Shown here: piece after piece, positions 63,307 to 64,000 of the stretch
How the letters are laid out: every line of letters starts with the position of its first letter
How positions within the stretch are numbered: position 1 is the first letter of the stretch
Assembly: GCF_009834535.1 (NCBI RefSeq)
Contig: NC_045704.1
Span: 44,640,001 to 44,704,000, forward strand
Length of the DNA stretch: 64,000 bases
Direction of reading: 5' to 3'
Source: Camelus ferus
Lineage: Eukaryota
Program-made: the position numbers and the translations under genes
Notes under the pieces: model-generated
Told to the model about the DNA's origin: nothing
Database searches by the model: none
Seen by the model: the letters and a program-made list of their open reading frames with translations, nothing else

Positions 63307-64000
63307 AGAGAGTCCCCATGTGCACACTACAGAAAAGAATCATCCTACTCATGCCATCTCAGGGCTTTGAATCCTGAGCCTTCCCCTAGGACATCAACCT
63401 GCTCTTCTGCCTGCTTCACTTATCCCTCCACATGGTGTCATGGGGCCTGCAGGGGATACACGTGTGGCATCGTGGAAGTCAAGGTGCACTTGAGTCCACC
63501 ATGACTAAGAGTAACCCCATTTGTGAGCCCCAGTTCTCTCATCTATGAGAAATGAGAAAATTCTTACAGAATGTTTCAGCACTCCGTGGGGCACCCGAAT
63601 GTTCAACAGATGCTTTGTGGTTCTTCAGAGCTGTGGCCCTGGACTACTCTAAACCAGAGGAACATCCTTAAAGAAATGGTCCCCAATAAAAGGTGCAGAA
63701 ACATCATAGGAAGATGTGGAGGAGAGGCCTGGGCCTCAGCTGATGGAATGGTCCCTGTCATGGCACCCACCCCCCGCTTGCCATCAGATAGTGGGCTTAC
63801 AAGGCCAGAATCAGAACCTCTGGCTTCGGATCCTTGGTTGTCAATTCTCAGCACATGGGGAATAAAAAGTTAACCTCGTGGATGTCCCTAGAGGTGCCCT
63901 GCAGTCAAGGCTGGAACTGATGAGGGAGGACCCCCCACCCCCACCCCGTAAAAGAAGTAGGCTGCTTGGGGTAGAGCTGGTGTGGGCAGGAGCCCTGCAT

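Noticed and set aside
1-64000. CRISPR arrays, rRNA genes, prokaryotic or viral systems, retrocopies
   Set aside because: No regularly spaced repeat-spacer pattern, no rRNA-like sequence, and no intronless gene copy or intact transposase/pol ORF was seen. The window is ordinary mammalian genic DNA.

Overview
Mammalian genomic DNA, most likely from a camelid, judging by a camelid-type tRNA-derived SINE at 31129-31242 and the absence of any recognisable Alu, B1, BovB/Bov-tA or PRE-1 copies. The window covers the PRMT7-SMPD3 locus. On the + strand are the last four coding exons of PRMT7 (207-3924) and their polyA signal. On the - strand is the complete SMPD3 (neutral sphingomyelinase 2) coding sequence: seven coding exons, 7969-18282, 1962 nt, 653 aa, with GT-AG boundaries and phases consistent throughout. 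SMPD3 also has a ~3 kb 3' UTR, a candidate non-coding exon 2 near 31.7 kb, and about 32 kb of what should be intron 1; its first exon is expected beyond the right edge. The remainder is intronic sequence with old MIR, L2, L1 and MaLR/ERVL repeats, several AT-rich enhancer-like islands, a CpG-rich internal promoter-like segment and a 133-nt assembly gap. Nearly all entries in the six-frame ORF track are spurious. I found no new protein-coding system. The most promising observations are regulatory: three uORFs including a start-stop element in the SMPD3 leader, a candidate internal promoter with a splice donor, RNA G-quadruplexes beside two splice donors, apparent cysteine losses in nSMase2, and a recent 135-bp templated duplication. 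Comparisons with human and mouse are from memory and need checking by alignment.
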